DNA of 17,927 nucleotides, from the NCBI GenBank assembly GCA_963807635.1, contig CAWEDJ010000096.1, positions 1-17,927 of the forward strand, read 5' to 3'. The DNA comes from an uncultured cyanobacterium. GTDB lineage: Bacteria > Cyanobacteriota > Cyanobacteriia > Cyanobacteriales > Microcystaceae. Position numbers and translations under genes: made by a program. Every line of letters begins with the position of its first letter. Positions within the stretch are counted from its first letter, which is position 1. Below the pieces are notes generated by a model. That model saw only the letters and a list, made by a program, of their open reading frames with translations, was not told the DNA's origin and ran no database searches. This document shows positions 1-8,365 of this stretch, piece by piece.

Positions 1-92
1 TCACAGAAAGTAAGCCAATTTTTCTCGACGACAAGTAATGTGTTACAGTGACACCAAGTTGTTACCGATGACAAATAATTAGTTACTGTACA
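1..92 (-). mobile_element. Tn7-like transposon end, probably the left end of a type V-K CAST; element continues beyond position 1
   Basis: The minus strand from 92 reads TGTACA-GTAACTAATTATTTGTCATC-G-GTAACAACTTGGTGTCACT-GTAACACATTACTTGTCGTC. This is a terminal TGT followed by three tandem GTAAC..TGTC TnsB-type sites (67-86, 47-65, 27-46). It lies just downstream of a tRNA. Candidate 5-bp target-site duplication: CCAAG (93-97). Confidence 0.85.
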
Positions 93-133
93 CCAAGCTG
101 TCAAAAAGATTCCAGAAACCGAAGGTATAAAAA

Positions 134-205
<72 letters not shown>

Positions 206-256
206 GATCGCGTAAAAGAGTTTTGTAAAAGATATTTACGATTCTCAAATCATAGC

Positions 257-1582
257 TCAAAATCGACCCCAAAAACCGATCGCCATTTGACAGAGTAACC
301 AAAGATTCAAACTGATAATGATAAACGCGATCGCCCAGGCAACAATTTTTAACCAGTAGGGATTGACAAAACCGCTCATAATTTTGCGATCGCTGGTGAA
401 AAGTACGAGGGGAATAACGGCAAAGGGTAACTGTAAACTCAAAACCACTTGACTGAAAACTAGCATCCCGCCCGTCGTGCTTTCCCCAAAAATTAAGATG
501 ACGAGTAACGCAGGAATAATCGCCATTAAACGGGTGATCAAACGGCGTAACCAAGAGGGAAGACGAATTTCCAAAAAGCCTTCCATTACCACTTGTCCCG
601 CCAAGGTTGCCGTTAGCGTTGAACTTTGTCCAGAGGCTAAAAGCGCGATCGCAAACAGGAGAGAAGCCACCTTCACGCCAACAACGGGAGACAATAATTG
701 ATAAGCATCCTGGAGTTCGGCCACTTCATGATGACCATTGCCATAGAAAACGGAAGCGGCAACAATGAGAATAGCTGAATTGATAAATAAGGCAAAGGAT
801 AGGGCAATCGTTGAATCAATCGTGCCAAATTTGATCGCTTCCCAGCGTTTTTTAAGATCGGGTTGCCAGGCGCGGGTTTGCACAATGGAAGAATGCAAGT
901 ATAGGTTATGGGGCATGACCGTCGCTCCCAAAATCCCGATCGCCAGATACAGCATTTCTCCATTCATTAAAATCTCCTTTTGGGGTAAATAACCCGCCAA
1001 AACTTGGCCGATATCGGGTTTAGCAAAGAAAATTTCGGCGGCAAAGCAAATTCCGACCGTACTGATAAGGGTAATCACCAGAGCCTCTACATAACGAAAA
1101 CCCTTACCCTGCAAAAATAACAACATCATTACATCCAACGCTGTCAGAGCGACTCCCACCGCCAAAGGCAACCCAAATAACAGTTTTAGGGCGATCGCAC
1201 TCCCCAAGAGTTCCGCCAGATCACAGGCGATGATCGCAATTTCACAGAGAATCCAGAGAATAAAAGTAACAGGACGGGGAAAATAATCTCGGCAAGCCTG
1301 GGCTAAATCCCGCCCCGTTGCAACGCCTAACCGCACACAAAGAGCTTGGAGAAAAACCGCCATCAAGTTGGATAAAAGAATAATACTCAACAGGCTGTAG
1401 CCAAACTTTGAGCCTGCCGCAATGCCCGTCGCCCAATTGCCAGGGTCAATATAACCGACAGAAACTAGATAGCCTGGCCCCGCATAGGCCAATAGTTTTC
1501 GCCAAAAGCCCTTGTTCTGGGGAATGGAAATACTACGATGGACTTCGGGCAGACTGGGCTGGGATGGGGTAGGATGGAGCAT
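257..1582 (-). CDS. mntH: Nramp-family Mn2+/Fe2+ transporter MntH
   Basis: 441 aa polytopic membrane protein with the Nramp signatures GYIDPGNW and MPHNLYLHS, and the GQSSTLTATLAGQVVMEGF transport motif. Confidence 0.95.
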   Translation of the reverse strand: MLHPTPSQPSLPEVHRSISIPQNKGFWRKLLAYAGPGYLVSVGYIDPGNWATGIAAGSKFGYSLLSIILLSNLMAVFLQALCVRLGVATGRDLAQACRDYFPRPVTFILWILCEIAIIACDLAELLGSAIALKLLFGLPLAVGVALTALDVMMLLFLQGKGFRYVEALVITLISTVGICFAAEIFFAKPDIGQVLAGYLPQKEILMNGEMLYLAIGILGATVMPHNLYLHSSIVQTRAWQPDLKKRWEAIKFGTIDSTIALSFALFINSAILIVAASVFYGNGHHEVAELQDAYQLLSPVVGVKVASLLFAIALLASGQSSTLTATLAGQVVMEGFLEIRLPSWLRRLITRLMAIIPALLVILIFGESTTGGMLVFSQVVLSLQLPFAVIPLVLFTSDRKIMSGFVNPYWLKIVAWAIAFIIISLNLWLLCQMAIGFWGRF

Positions 1583-1589
1583 GAAAAGA

Positions 1590-1619
1590 CTCTCATAATT
1601 CTTTCATAATCTCTTCATG
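1590..1619 (-). promoter_or_regulatory. ManR-type direct-repeat operator upstream of mntH
   Basis: The minus strand reads CATGAAGA-GAT-TATGAAAG-AAT-TATGAGAG: three octamers at an 11-bp period, ending 7 nt before the ATG. This matches the (T/A)ATGA(G/A)A(A/G) direct repeat recalled for ManR at cyanobacterial mntH promoters. Confidence 0.75.
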
Positions 1620-1738
1620 TTATCATCATTTATCGTGACTTTGCCTATTGGAAAAGCCTTCTGAGAAGAACGTAATTTTCAATCAGGGTGATGATTTTAG
1701 CTTGATCCCGCGATCGCCGATGACCGAAAAAACGACGA

Positions 1739-2017
1739 TTAATGATCAGCCCGTTCCAGTTGCCAAAGAATTTGATTTCCTTCGCGCCGAACCCTAGAAA
1801 CAACCCAATTTCTCCATGCCCAATGATCACCGCGACTGGTGACGGCACTGGCATTAATATCCATAAGATCAGCCAGTTCCGAACTAGTAACGAGATATCC
1901 TTTAATCGCGATTTCTTCGGCGGCACGCAAAGTTTCGATGAGGGTTTTGATGTAGCCGATCCGTTCTTCACGGGGGACAAGAGATTCTTCGGGGGAATTC
2001 GGAGAAGATTCGATCAT
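1739..2017 (-). CDS. Hypothetical protein (~92-96 aa) resembling small conserved cyanobacterial proteins, possible HTH-like segment
   Basis: Protein-like composition, with SSELADLMDINASAVTSR followed by a Trp-rich C-terminus. Start is either ATG at 2017 or TTG at 2029. Confidence 0.75.
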   Translation of the reverse strand: MIESSPNSPEESLVPREERIGYIKTLIETLRAAEEIAIKGYLVTSSELADLMDINASAVTSRGDHWAWRNWVVSRVRREGNQILWQLERADH

Positions 2018-2604
2018 TGTTTTGGTCAATATTTGTGACTTTGAATCGTCTGGAAAAAAGAAAAGTATTACTCAACTGTTTTAAGAAAAATAATCTTTCA
2101 TACTGGTTTATGAAAATGCAGAACAGTTAAGTTACATTGAGTTGAATTTTATGCTAGAAAGCGTTTTTATCAGATCGACTACCTATTCCATCATTTTAGC
2201 GATTTCTGACAAGGATTAAGGTGAGATGCGTCTCTTATCAAGAATGATTGACTTTAAGGGTTGCAAGCTTTTCTAGGAAAACAGAGATGAAAGCCAGTCA
2301 TACCAGTCTCTTTTTGATTTTTGAGGGGAATTGAAACGTTTTAAAGATCTTACCTTTTGTCTCTGAAATAAAATTTTTTTTTGTTCCCAAATGTGACATA
2401 TCTTTTAACCGTTGTCCCATTCACAGCTACGCTCATCAAGCCGTTCTCAATAAAAAAAACTTATTTTCTATTTCTGATAACAACCATTCTTCAGGGTTAT
2501 TCTTGGCGATCGCGGCCAATCGAGGTAGTTCATTTAATAAAGAGTGATTCTGACCGATTTACAGCTAAATTAGCAAATTCGGCCAGAATTTCAAATTAAC
2601 TCAG

Positions 2605-3603
2605 TTAAATTCCTGCATGACCCAAGGCCAAGCCCGTAATTAACATCCCAATAACCAAAAACGGTTGCGCGCTGGCTTGATATTTAACATCATTTTCCAA
2701 CGGATTGCGGAGAAAATACATATCTTGAAAGGTGATTTGGGGAATAATCAATAATAAAACAATGGTTGCATAGAGATTTTCCTGAATGGAGATTAAATAA
2801 CCTGCAATTCCTGCCTGGAAAACATCGATCATAATGACACAAATCCAAGCGGCTGTGGTAATTCCAAACATGACAGGTAGGGATTTTAACCCTAATTGGC
2901 GATCGCCTTCCACACTTTTAAAATCATTAACAACGGCAATTCCTAGACCCGCTAAACTGTAAATTAAAGTGAGAATTGCAATTTTCCAATTTAATTGACC
3001 AAAGAGCGCGTGACCCGCCCACCAAGGTAGCGCAATATAACTGGCTCCCAGGGCATAATTTCCTAACCAACCATTTTGTTTGAGCTTGAGCGGTGGTGCA
3101 GAATAAATATAAGCAATAAACGCTCCTCCCAGGGTCAGACAAAACATCACAGGAAATTCGTGACCCGCCCACAGATCCAGTAAGTAGGAAATTCCCAATC
3201 CACCCAATAGCAAAACAAGCATTTGAGTCACGACCTGGGGAATGGAAATAGCACCACTAGGAATGGGACGGTAGGGTTCATTAATGGCATCAATTTCTTT
3301 ATCGTAGAAATCGTTTAGGGTCTGGGTATAACCCGTCATCAAGGGGCCAGAAAGTAACATACAGGTCAAAACCTTGAGGATATTTTCTAATGACCAGAAA
3401 TATTCCCCCGACGATGCGGCTCCACAGACGACTCCCCAAATTAAAGGAATCCAGGTGATCGGTTTCATTAATTGCAGGCGAATTTTCCAGATCGAGGTTT
3501 CTCCACTGGCGGCTCCTTTCATGCCTAAGAGTTGACGGGTTTTGGCGGTGCGATCGCCTTGGGATTCGGTCGTGGTCGAGTCAGAAGGGGGTACATTAGC
3601 CAT
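2605..3603 (-). CDS. chlG: Chlorophyll synthase (UbiA prenyltransferase family)
   Basis: Contains RQLLGMKGA, LMKPITWIPLIWG, NDFYDKEIDAINEPYRPIPSG, NDFKSVEGDR and NDVKYQASAQPF, all typical of ChlG. Confidence 0.97.
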   Translation of the reverse strand: MANVPPSDSTTTESQGDRTAKTRQLLGMKGAASGETSIWKIRLQLMKPITWIPLIWGVVCGAASSGEYFWSLENILKVLTCMLLSGPLMTGYTQTLNDFYDKEIDAINEPYRPIPSGAISIPQVVTQMLVLLLGGLGISYLLDLWAGHEFPVMFCLTLGGAFIAYIYSAPPLKLKQNGWLGNYALGASYIALPWWAGHALFGQLNWKIAILTLIYSLAGLGIAVVNDFKSVEGDRQLGLKSLPVMFGITTAAWICVIMIDVFQAGIAGYLISIQENLYATIVLLLIIPQITFQDMYFLRNPLENDVKYQASAQPFLVIGMLITGLALGHAGI

Positions 3604-3851
3604 AAATCTAGGGGATTGAACAAAGTTTTTCGTTATTCTACTGTATAAGCAATCGGTTTTTTGTTGGTGACAATGGGATCAAGCTCAGTTGAAAAAATGC
3701 GATCGCTCTCCCTGGATCAAATCTTTAAGGTTCAAGCGGATGGGGTGAGAAAAGGTGTAAAGCAAGGAAAAACACTATAATAAATAGCGTTTATGCAGTT
3801 TTTAAATTAATCTCAATCACCCTTTGTCGCCCTAGTCAATTCAAGAATTTC

Positions 3852-4821
3852 ATGACCTACCTAGAAACCACCGCCCAATTTTATCGTGAAGTTGCCCAAA
3901 CCCCAGAGGTTGGCCTGTGTTGTGTGCAGAGCAGTCCCCTCCAACTCCCTGGATTGAATATTCCCCCCTCTATGCAAGACATGAACTATGGTTGCGGTAC
4001 AACGATTCATCCCACTGAACTGGGGAATGATCCAACGGTTCTGTATGTGGGAGTTGGCGGTGGTTTGGAAGCTTTGCAATTTGCTTACTTTTCCCGTCGT
4101 CCAGGGGCGGTGATTGCGGTTGATCCTGTAGAAGCGATGAGAGAGGCGGCGATCGCCAATTTAACATTAGCTGATCAAGAAAATGACTGGTTTGAGCCAA
4201 GTTTTGTGGAAATTCGAGCAGGAGATGCTTTTGATCTGCCCGTTCCTGATGCTTCCGTTGATGTGGTTGCCCAAAATTGTTTGTTTAATATTTTTAAACC
4301 GACAGATTTACACCGCGCCCTCACTGAAGCGTTTCGAGTCCTCAAACCCAACGGACGCTTAATTATAAGTGATCCCATTGCCACTCGTCCCATTCCCGAA
4401 CATCTCCAAAATGACGAACGCTTGCGGGCCATGTGTTTATCAGGAGCTATTACCTACGAGCAGTATATTCAACATCTCGTTGATGCAGGTTTCGGGCAGG
4501 TAGAAGGTGCGATCGCGTCGTCCCTATCGTCTGCTGAATGCTCAAAACTATAATTTAGAAGAAAATTTACTCTTAGAAAGTCTAGATTCGGTGGCTTTTA
4601 AAGTCGCAATTCCCGAAGATGGAGCCTGTATTTTTACGGGAAAAACTGCCATTTATGCGGGGCTAGAATCCTTCTTTGATGACCAAGCGGGACATATTCT
4701 CCTCTCAGGTATTCCCACCGCAGTCTGTGATAAAACCGCTCATAATTTAGCAAAGTCCTATCTCCAAGAAATCTTGATTACCGATTCTACTTGGCACTAT
4801 AACGGAGGAGGTTGTTGTTGA
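3852..4821 (+). pseudogene. arsM: Arsenite S-adenosylmethionine methyltransferase ArsM (arsenosugar-pathway type), split by a +1 frameshift at 4506-4507
   Basis: The first ORF has GLCC, NYGCG (C48), the SAM-binding YVGVGGG, AQNC (C143) and AMC (C195). The second frame continues VRSRRPYRLL...WHYNGGGCC. Removing one G from GAA-G-GTG gives a single 322-aa ORF. It lies directly upstream of arsS. The break may be a sequencing error. Confidence 0.85.
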
Positions 4822-4841
4822 TTTTAAATACACAAATTATA

Positions 4842-4864
4842 GTAGGGGCGAATTGCGTTCCCCT
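4842..4864 (+). repeat. Degenerate GTAG-type REP-like palindrome
   Basis: GTAGGGGCGAATTGCGTTCCCCT: a GTAG tetranucleotide plus an imperfect GC-rich hairpin, located in the AT-rich arsM-arsS spacer. Confidence 0.5.
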
Positions 4865-4897
4865 TCTTATCTATCTTCATAAAAAACAAAACTCTAA

Positions 4898-5911
4898 ATG
4901 ATTCAGCAAACCCTAAAGCCCCCATCTTTAAAGACAGGAATTACCCCATTCAAAAAGAAATTAGATTCTCCCCTAACTAAAAAAACGATTACCGTATTAC
5001 AAATTAACTTAGGCAAACGCTGTAACTTAGCTTGTACTCATTGCCATGTCGAAGCCAGCCCCAAACGAACGGAAGAACTTTCCCCTAAAATTTGTGAGCA
5101 AATTATTCAATTAATTGAGCAATTTCCCCAAATTGAAACGGTTGATCTGACAGGGGGGGCGCCCGAAATGCTCTACGGTTTTCGACCGATTATTGAAGCA
5201 GCTAGAGCTAGGAAAAAACAGGTGATTGTGCGGTCTAATTTAACGATTTATTTTGAAGAAGGTTTTAAAGATATTCCCGATTATTGCAAGCAAAACCAAG
5301 TGAGAATTGTGGCTTCTCTTCCCTGTTATCTCTCCGATAATGTGGATAAAATGCGAGGAAATGGGGTTTATGAGCTTTCGATTCGCGCCCTGCAATGGTT
5401 GAATTGTTTAGGCTATGGTCATGATCCTAATTTAATCCTAGATTTGGTTTATAATCCTCCTATTCCGTCTTCGGAAAAATTTGCTTTGTCTCCGAATCAA
5501 GTTGGACTGGAGCAAGATTATAAAAACTTTTTACAGACAAATTTTAATATTATCTTTAATCATTTATTTGTGATTACGAATTTACCCGTTGGTAGGACAA
5601 AATTTCATCTAAAACACCGAGACTTAGAACAGTCCTATCTACAGTTCTTAGAAGAAAATTTTAATCCTAGTACGACAGAACATTTAATGTGTCGTAATGA
5701 GCTTTCTATTGATTACCTCGGCAATGTTTTTGATTGTGATTTTAATCAGATGGAAAATTTTCCTAGTCAAACCCGCCAGTATAAAAAACTAACCGTGAGT
5801 AAGTTATTGGAAGCGGGAAAATTAGATCTAATTGAGGAAATCCAAACGGCTCCCTATTGTTACGGCTGTACGGCGGGGAGTGGGTCGAGTTGCGGCGGTT
5901 CGTTAATTTAG
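4898..5911 (+). CDS. arsS: Arsenosugar biosynthesis radical SAM protein ArsS (DUF3641-type C-terminus)
   Basis: CNLACTHC (CxxxCxxC), DLTGGAPE, ASLPCY, DCDFNQM and C-terminal CYGCTAGSGSSCGG. Adjacent to arsM. Confidence 0.9.
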   Translation: MIQQTLKPPSLKTGITPFKKKLDSPLTKKTITVLQINLGKRCNLACTHCHVEASPKRTEELSPKICEQIIQLIEQFPQIETVDLTGGAPEMLYGFRPIIEAARARKKQVIVRSNLTIYFEEGFKDIPDYCKQNQVRIVASLPCYLSDNVDKMRGNGVYELSIRALQWLNCLGYGHDPNLILDLVYNPPIPSSEKFALSPNQVGLEQDYKNFLQTNFNIIFNHLFVITNLPVGRTKFHLKHRDLEQSYLQFLEENFNPSTTEHLMCRNELSIDYLGNVFDCDFNQMENFPSQTRQYKKLTVSKLLEAGKLDLIEEIQTAPYCYGCTAGSGSSCGGSLI

Positions 5912-5969
5912 GATGAGAAAATGGTGTTATTGAATCATTTTTAAAATTAAAATAAACGACTTTTTTCAA

Positions 5970-8288
5970 CTATTCTATCTCAACAAAATTAGCGATCGCA
6001 CCCAAAAGCGGTAAGCGCAAATCATTCGCTTTTTTAAGAACTTTTTTAGCAGAGGAATGCTTGGTTTTATTAACCCCAACCACTAACAACATACCATCCG
6101 TACAAGAAGTCATAAAATAAACATCCGTTGTTTCATTAAAATGGGGAAGATCATAAATAACTAAATCAAATCTTTCTTGAAGCTCCGACATTATATACTC
6201 CATTCTTGACCAGAGATGTTGGGAAGAAATTCTATCTTCTGTGGGACTCGCCACTACATAAAGATTGCTATTCTGCGGAACTTCTTGGATCACAGATTCT
6301 AAGTCAACATTATGGGTTAAAAGATAGTTAAATCCTTTCTGCCCCGTGAGATTCAATCGATGGCAAAGCGTCGATTTTTTTCCACTGGCATCCACTAAAA
6401 GCACTCGTTTTCCCTTTTTTGTAGCGGCGATCGCCAAATTGAGAGCAATTAAAGATTGGCCGTCCCCTGGTTCAATCGAAGAAATGGTTATGGCGCGTAG
6501 AGGGGGAGTCCGATAATAGAAAGAAAGCTCGGCATACATATCATCAAAAACATTGACAAAGACCAACCAATTAAGAGGGGGAGAAGGATTATTCCAAGAT
6601 TTATCGGCACTATTTTTAGGGAGATCTAATGTCGCGACACTTTCTAAGCGTTCTAGCGAATTGGATTTTTGGGATTTTTTAGACTGTTTAGAAACCTTAG
6701 ACTGTTGAGATTTCTTGATACTAACAGGAGGCGACTTTGAGAAAACAGCGGTGTCGTATTTAGGGACTCTTCCAAAAAGAGGTAAGGCTAAAATATCCTC
6801 AATATCATCTGGGGAGAAGAATAGATCTTTATATTTTTCCCATAAAAAAACGAGTAACGTACTAAGCAGTAATCCCCCACCAAAACCAGCAAGAATTATA
6901 TTAAGACGGTTAGGGGCATCTCCTGAAGGAAATCCTTTTTCATCTAAGGGAATTTGCGGTTTTGATATTAGTTGCCAGGGCAGTTCTTGGGCGGATTCTA
7001 CCTTTAAAGTTTCTCGTTGAACCAGTAATTTATCTAATACTTCTTCTGTTAATTTAATCTCTCTTTCTAAGGCAGTATATTGATTAATTATAGTAGGAAG
7101 TTTTTTGACGGTATCATCGACTTGTTGCCGCTCAGAAGTAAGGGATGGTAATTGGGACTCTAGGGCTTTGATTTGATTAGTAGTTTCAACAAATTGCTCA
7201 ATTAATTTTAGTCGAATAGGATCTTGGAAGTCGGAGAGAATGGGAGAGTTAATAGAAACTGATGTAGAAAATTGTTTCAATAACTCCTCAGTTCTTTTTC
7301 TTAACAAATTACTAACATTACGAGATCTTTCTTCTAAATTTTCTACCCTGACACTTTTATCGGTAAAAACGGATTGGGTATTAATCAATTGAGATTGGAT
7401 CTCAAGCAGCTCTTTTTGGAGAGATAATCTTTCAGGGTCTTGATTTAATGAGGCAAGCACCAGGGCATCGGCGGAAGAAATACCTAATTGTTGTTGTAAC
7501 GATGCAGATAGGGTCTTAAGCGATAAAAGTTGTCTTTCTATCGTTGATTTTTGTTTGGTTAAGTCATCTACTTGTTCTAGTAGTAAGGCATTTTTAGCAG
7601 TGGGATCAACGAGATCATATTGCTGACGAATTTGTTTTTGTTTATTTTTTAAATTGTTTAAAGTTTGCTGTAAGGCAGGTAATTGTTTATCAATAAATTT
7701 TACCCCTGCTTTAATACTAGTTTCTCGGTCTTCCGAACTATATTTAACAAATGTTTCAGAGGCGATATCGAGAACCGTTTGGACTTCTGTTGGATCTTCT
7801 CCTTTGTAGGAGACTTTAAAAATTTTGGTTGGCCCTGTTGCTGCAGACCTTGCCCATTCCACCGAAAAATTTTCGCGTAAGTCTTTCCAAATTTCATTAA
7901 TTTGTCTGCGGGAAACTTTTTGACTGACATCCTGGGCAATGCGAAGAGTCATACCAGGACTTTGTAAAAAAATTAAATTTGTGGGATAGTCCAAGGAAAC
8001 TAATTCTTCCTGGGGAATGCCTTGTGTGCGAGTCAGAGTAGATGAGTTGCTTAATTTTCCTGCTGCGGTGATGGGTTCTACTAATAAATAAAAATTCCCT
8101 GTATAGATAGAAGGCTTCAAAAAGGCAATAACGAGTGCAATAGTTGTGGTGAAAAAAGTAAAGCCGCCAATCCACCAAACTCTACGAACAAAAAATCTCA
8201 GAAACATCTGCCAAAAATTATTTTTAGGCGGTGAGGATAATATTTCTTCGGTTTCGGCGATCGCAGGGAATAAGTCGTTTTCTACCAC
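5970..8288 (-). CDS. GumC/Wzc-like polysaccharide co-polymerase with a degenerate BY-kinase domain
   Basis: 772 aa: N-terminal TM segment, long coiled-coil, second TM segment, and a C-terminal P-loop-like domain (ITISSIEPGDGQS, VLLVDAS, VIYDLP, PLLGAIAN). GTG start. Confidence 0.85.
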   Translation of the reverse strand: MVENDLFPAIAETEEILSSPPKNNFWQMFLRFFVRRVWWIGGFTFFTTTIALVIAFLKPSIYTGNFYLLVEPITAAGKLSNSSTLTRTQGIPQEELVSLDYPTNLIFLQSPGMTLRIAQDVSQKVSRRQINEIWKDLRENFSVEWARSAATGPTKIFKVSYKGEDPTEVQTVLDIASETFVKYSSEDRETSIKAGVKFIDKQLPALQQTLNNLKNKQKQIRQQYDLVDPTAKNALLLEQVDDLTKQKSTIERQLLSLKTLSASLQQQLGISSADALVLASLNQDPERLSLQKELLEIQSQLINTQSVFTDKSVRVENLEERSRNVSNLLRKRTEELLKQFSTSVSINSPILSDFQDPIRLKLIEQFVETTNQIKALESQLPSLTSERQQVDDTVKKLPTIINQYTALEREIKLTEEVLDKLLVQRETLKVESAQELPWQLISKPQIPLDEKGFPSGDAPNRLNIILAGFGGGLLLSTLLVFLWEKYKDLFFSPDDIEDILALPLFGRVPKYDTAVFSKSPPVSIKKSQQSKVSKQSKKSQKSNSLERLESVATLDLPKNSADKSWNNPSPPLNWLVFVNVFDDMYAELSFYYRTPPLRAITISSIEPGDGQSLIALNLAIAATKKGKRVLLVDASGKKSTLCHRLNLTGQKGFNYLLTHNVDLESVIQEVPQNSNLYVVASPTEDRISSQHLWSRMEYIMSELQERFDLVIYDLPHFNETTDVYFMTSCTDGMLLVVGVNKTKHSSAKKVLKKANDLRLPLLGAIANFVEIE

Positions 8289-8365
8289 GTTTTTTACCTA
8301 ATGACTGAAATGAAAAAGCTACATTGTTTAGCAATTAATAAGAAAATGATAAAAAAATTAAACAA

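Noticed and set aside
27..103. ~40-bp imperfect tandem repeat read as a CRISPR array or simple duplication
   Set aside because: There are no unique spacers; the pattern resolves into ~20-bp TnsB-type sites ending at TGTACA.
477..1436. Short ORFs overlapping mntH (and similar shadow ORFs within chlG, arsM, wzc, ppx, the hydrolase and the IS5)
   Set aside because: Antisense or alternate-frame ORFs inside well-supported genes, with no recognisable motifs.
1645..2038. ORFs 1645-1980 (-) and 1742-2038 (+)
   Set aside because: They overlap the more protein-like 1739-2017/2029 ORF and show no motifs.
2131..2148. HLR1/RpaB-like direct repeat GTTACATT-GA-GTTGAATT
   Set aside because: The second half matches only 6/8 in AT-rich DNA, too weak to call.
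2381..2599. 72-aa ORF downstream of chlG
   Set aside because: TTG start, AT-rich intergenic character and no recognisable features.
4495..4520. Programmed ribosomal frameshift in arsM
   Set aside because: No slippery heptamer, homopolymer run or obvious stimulatory structure at the break.
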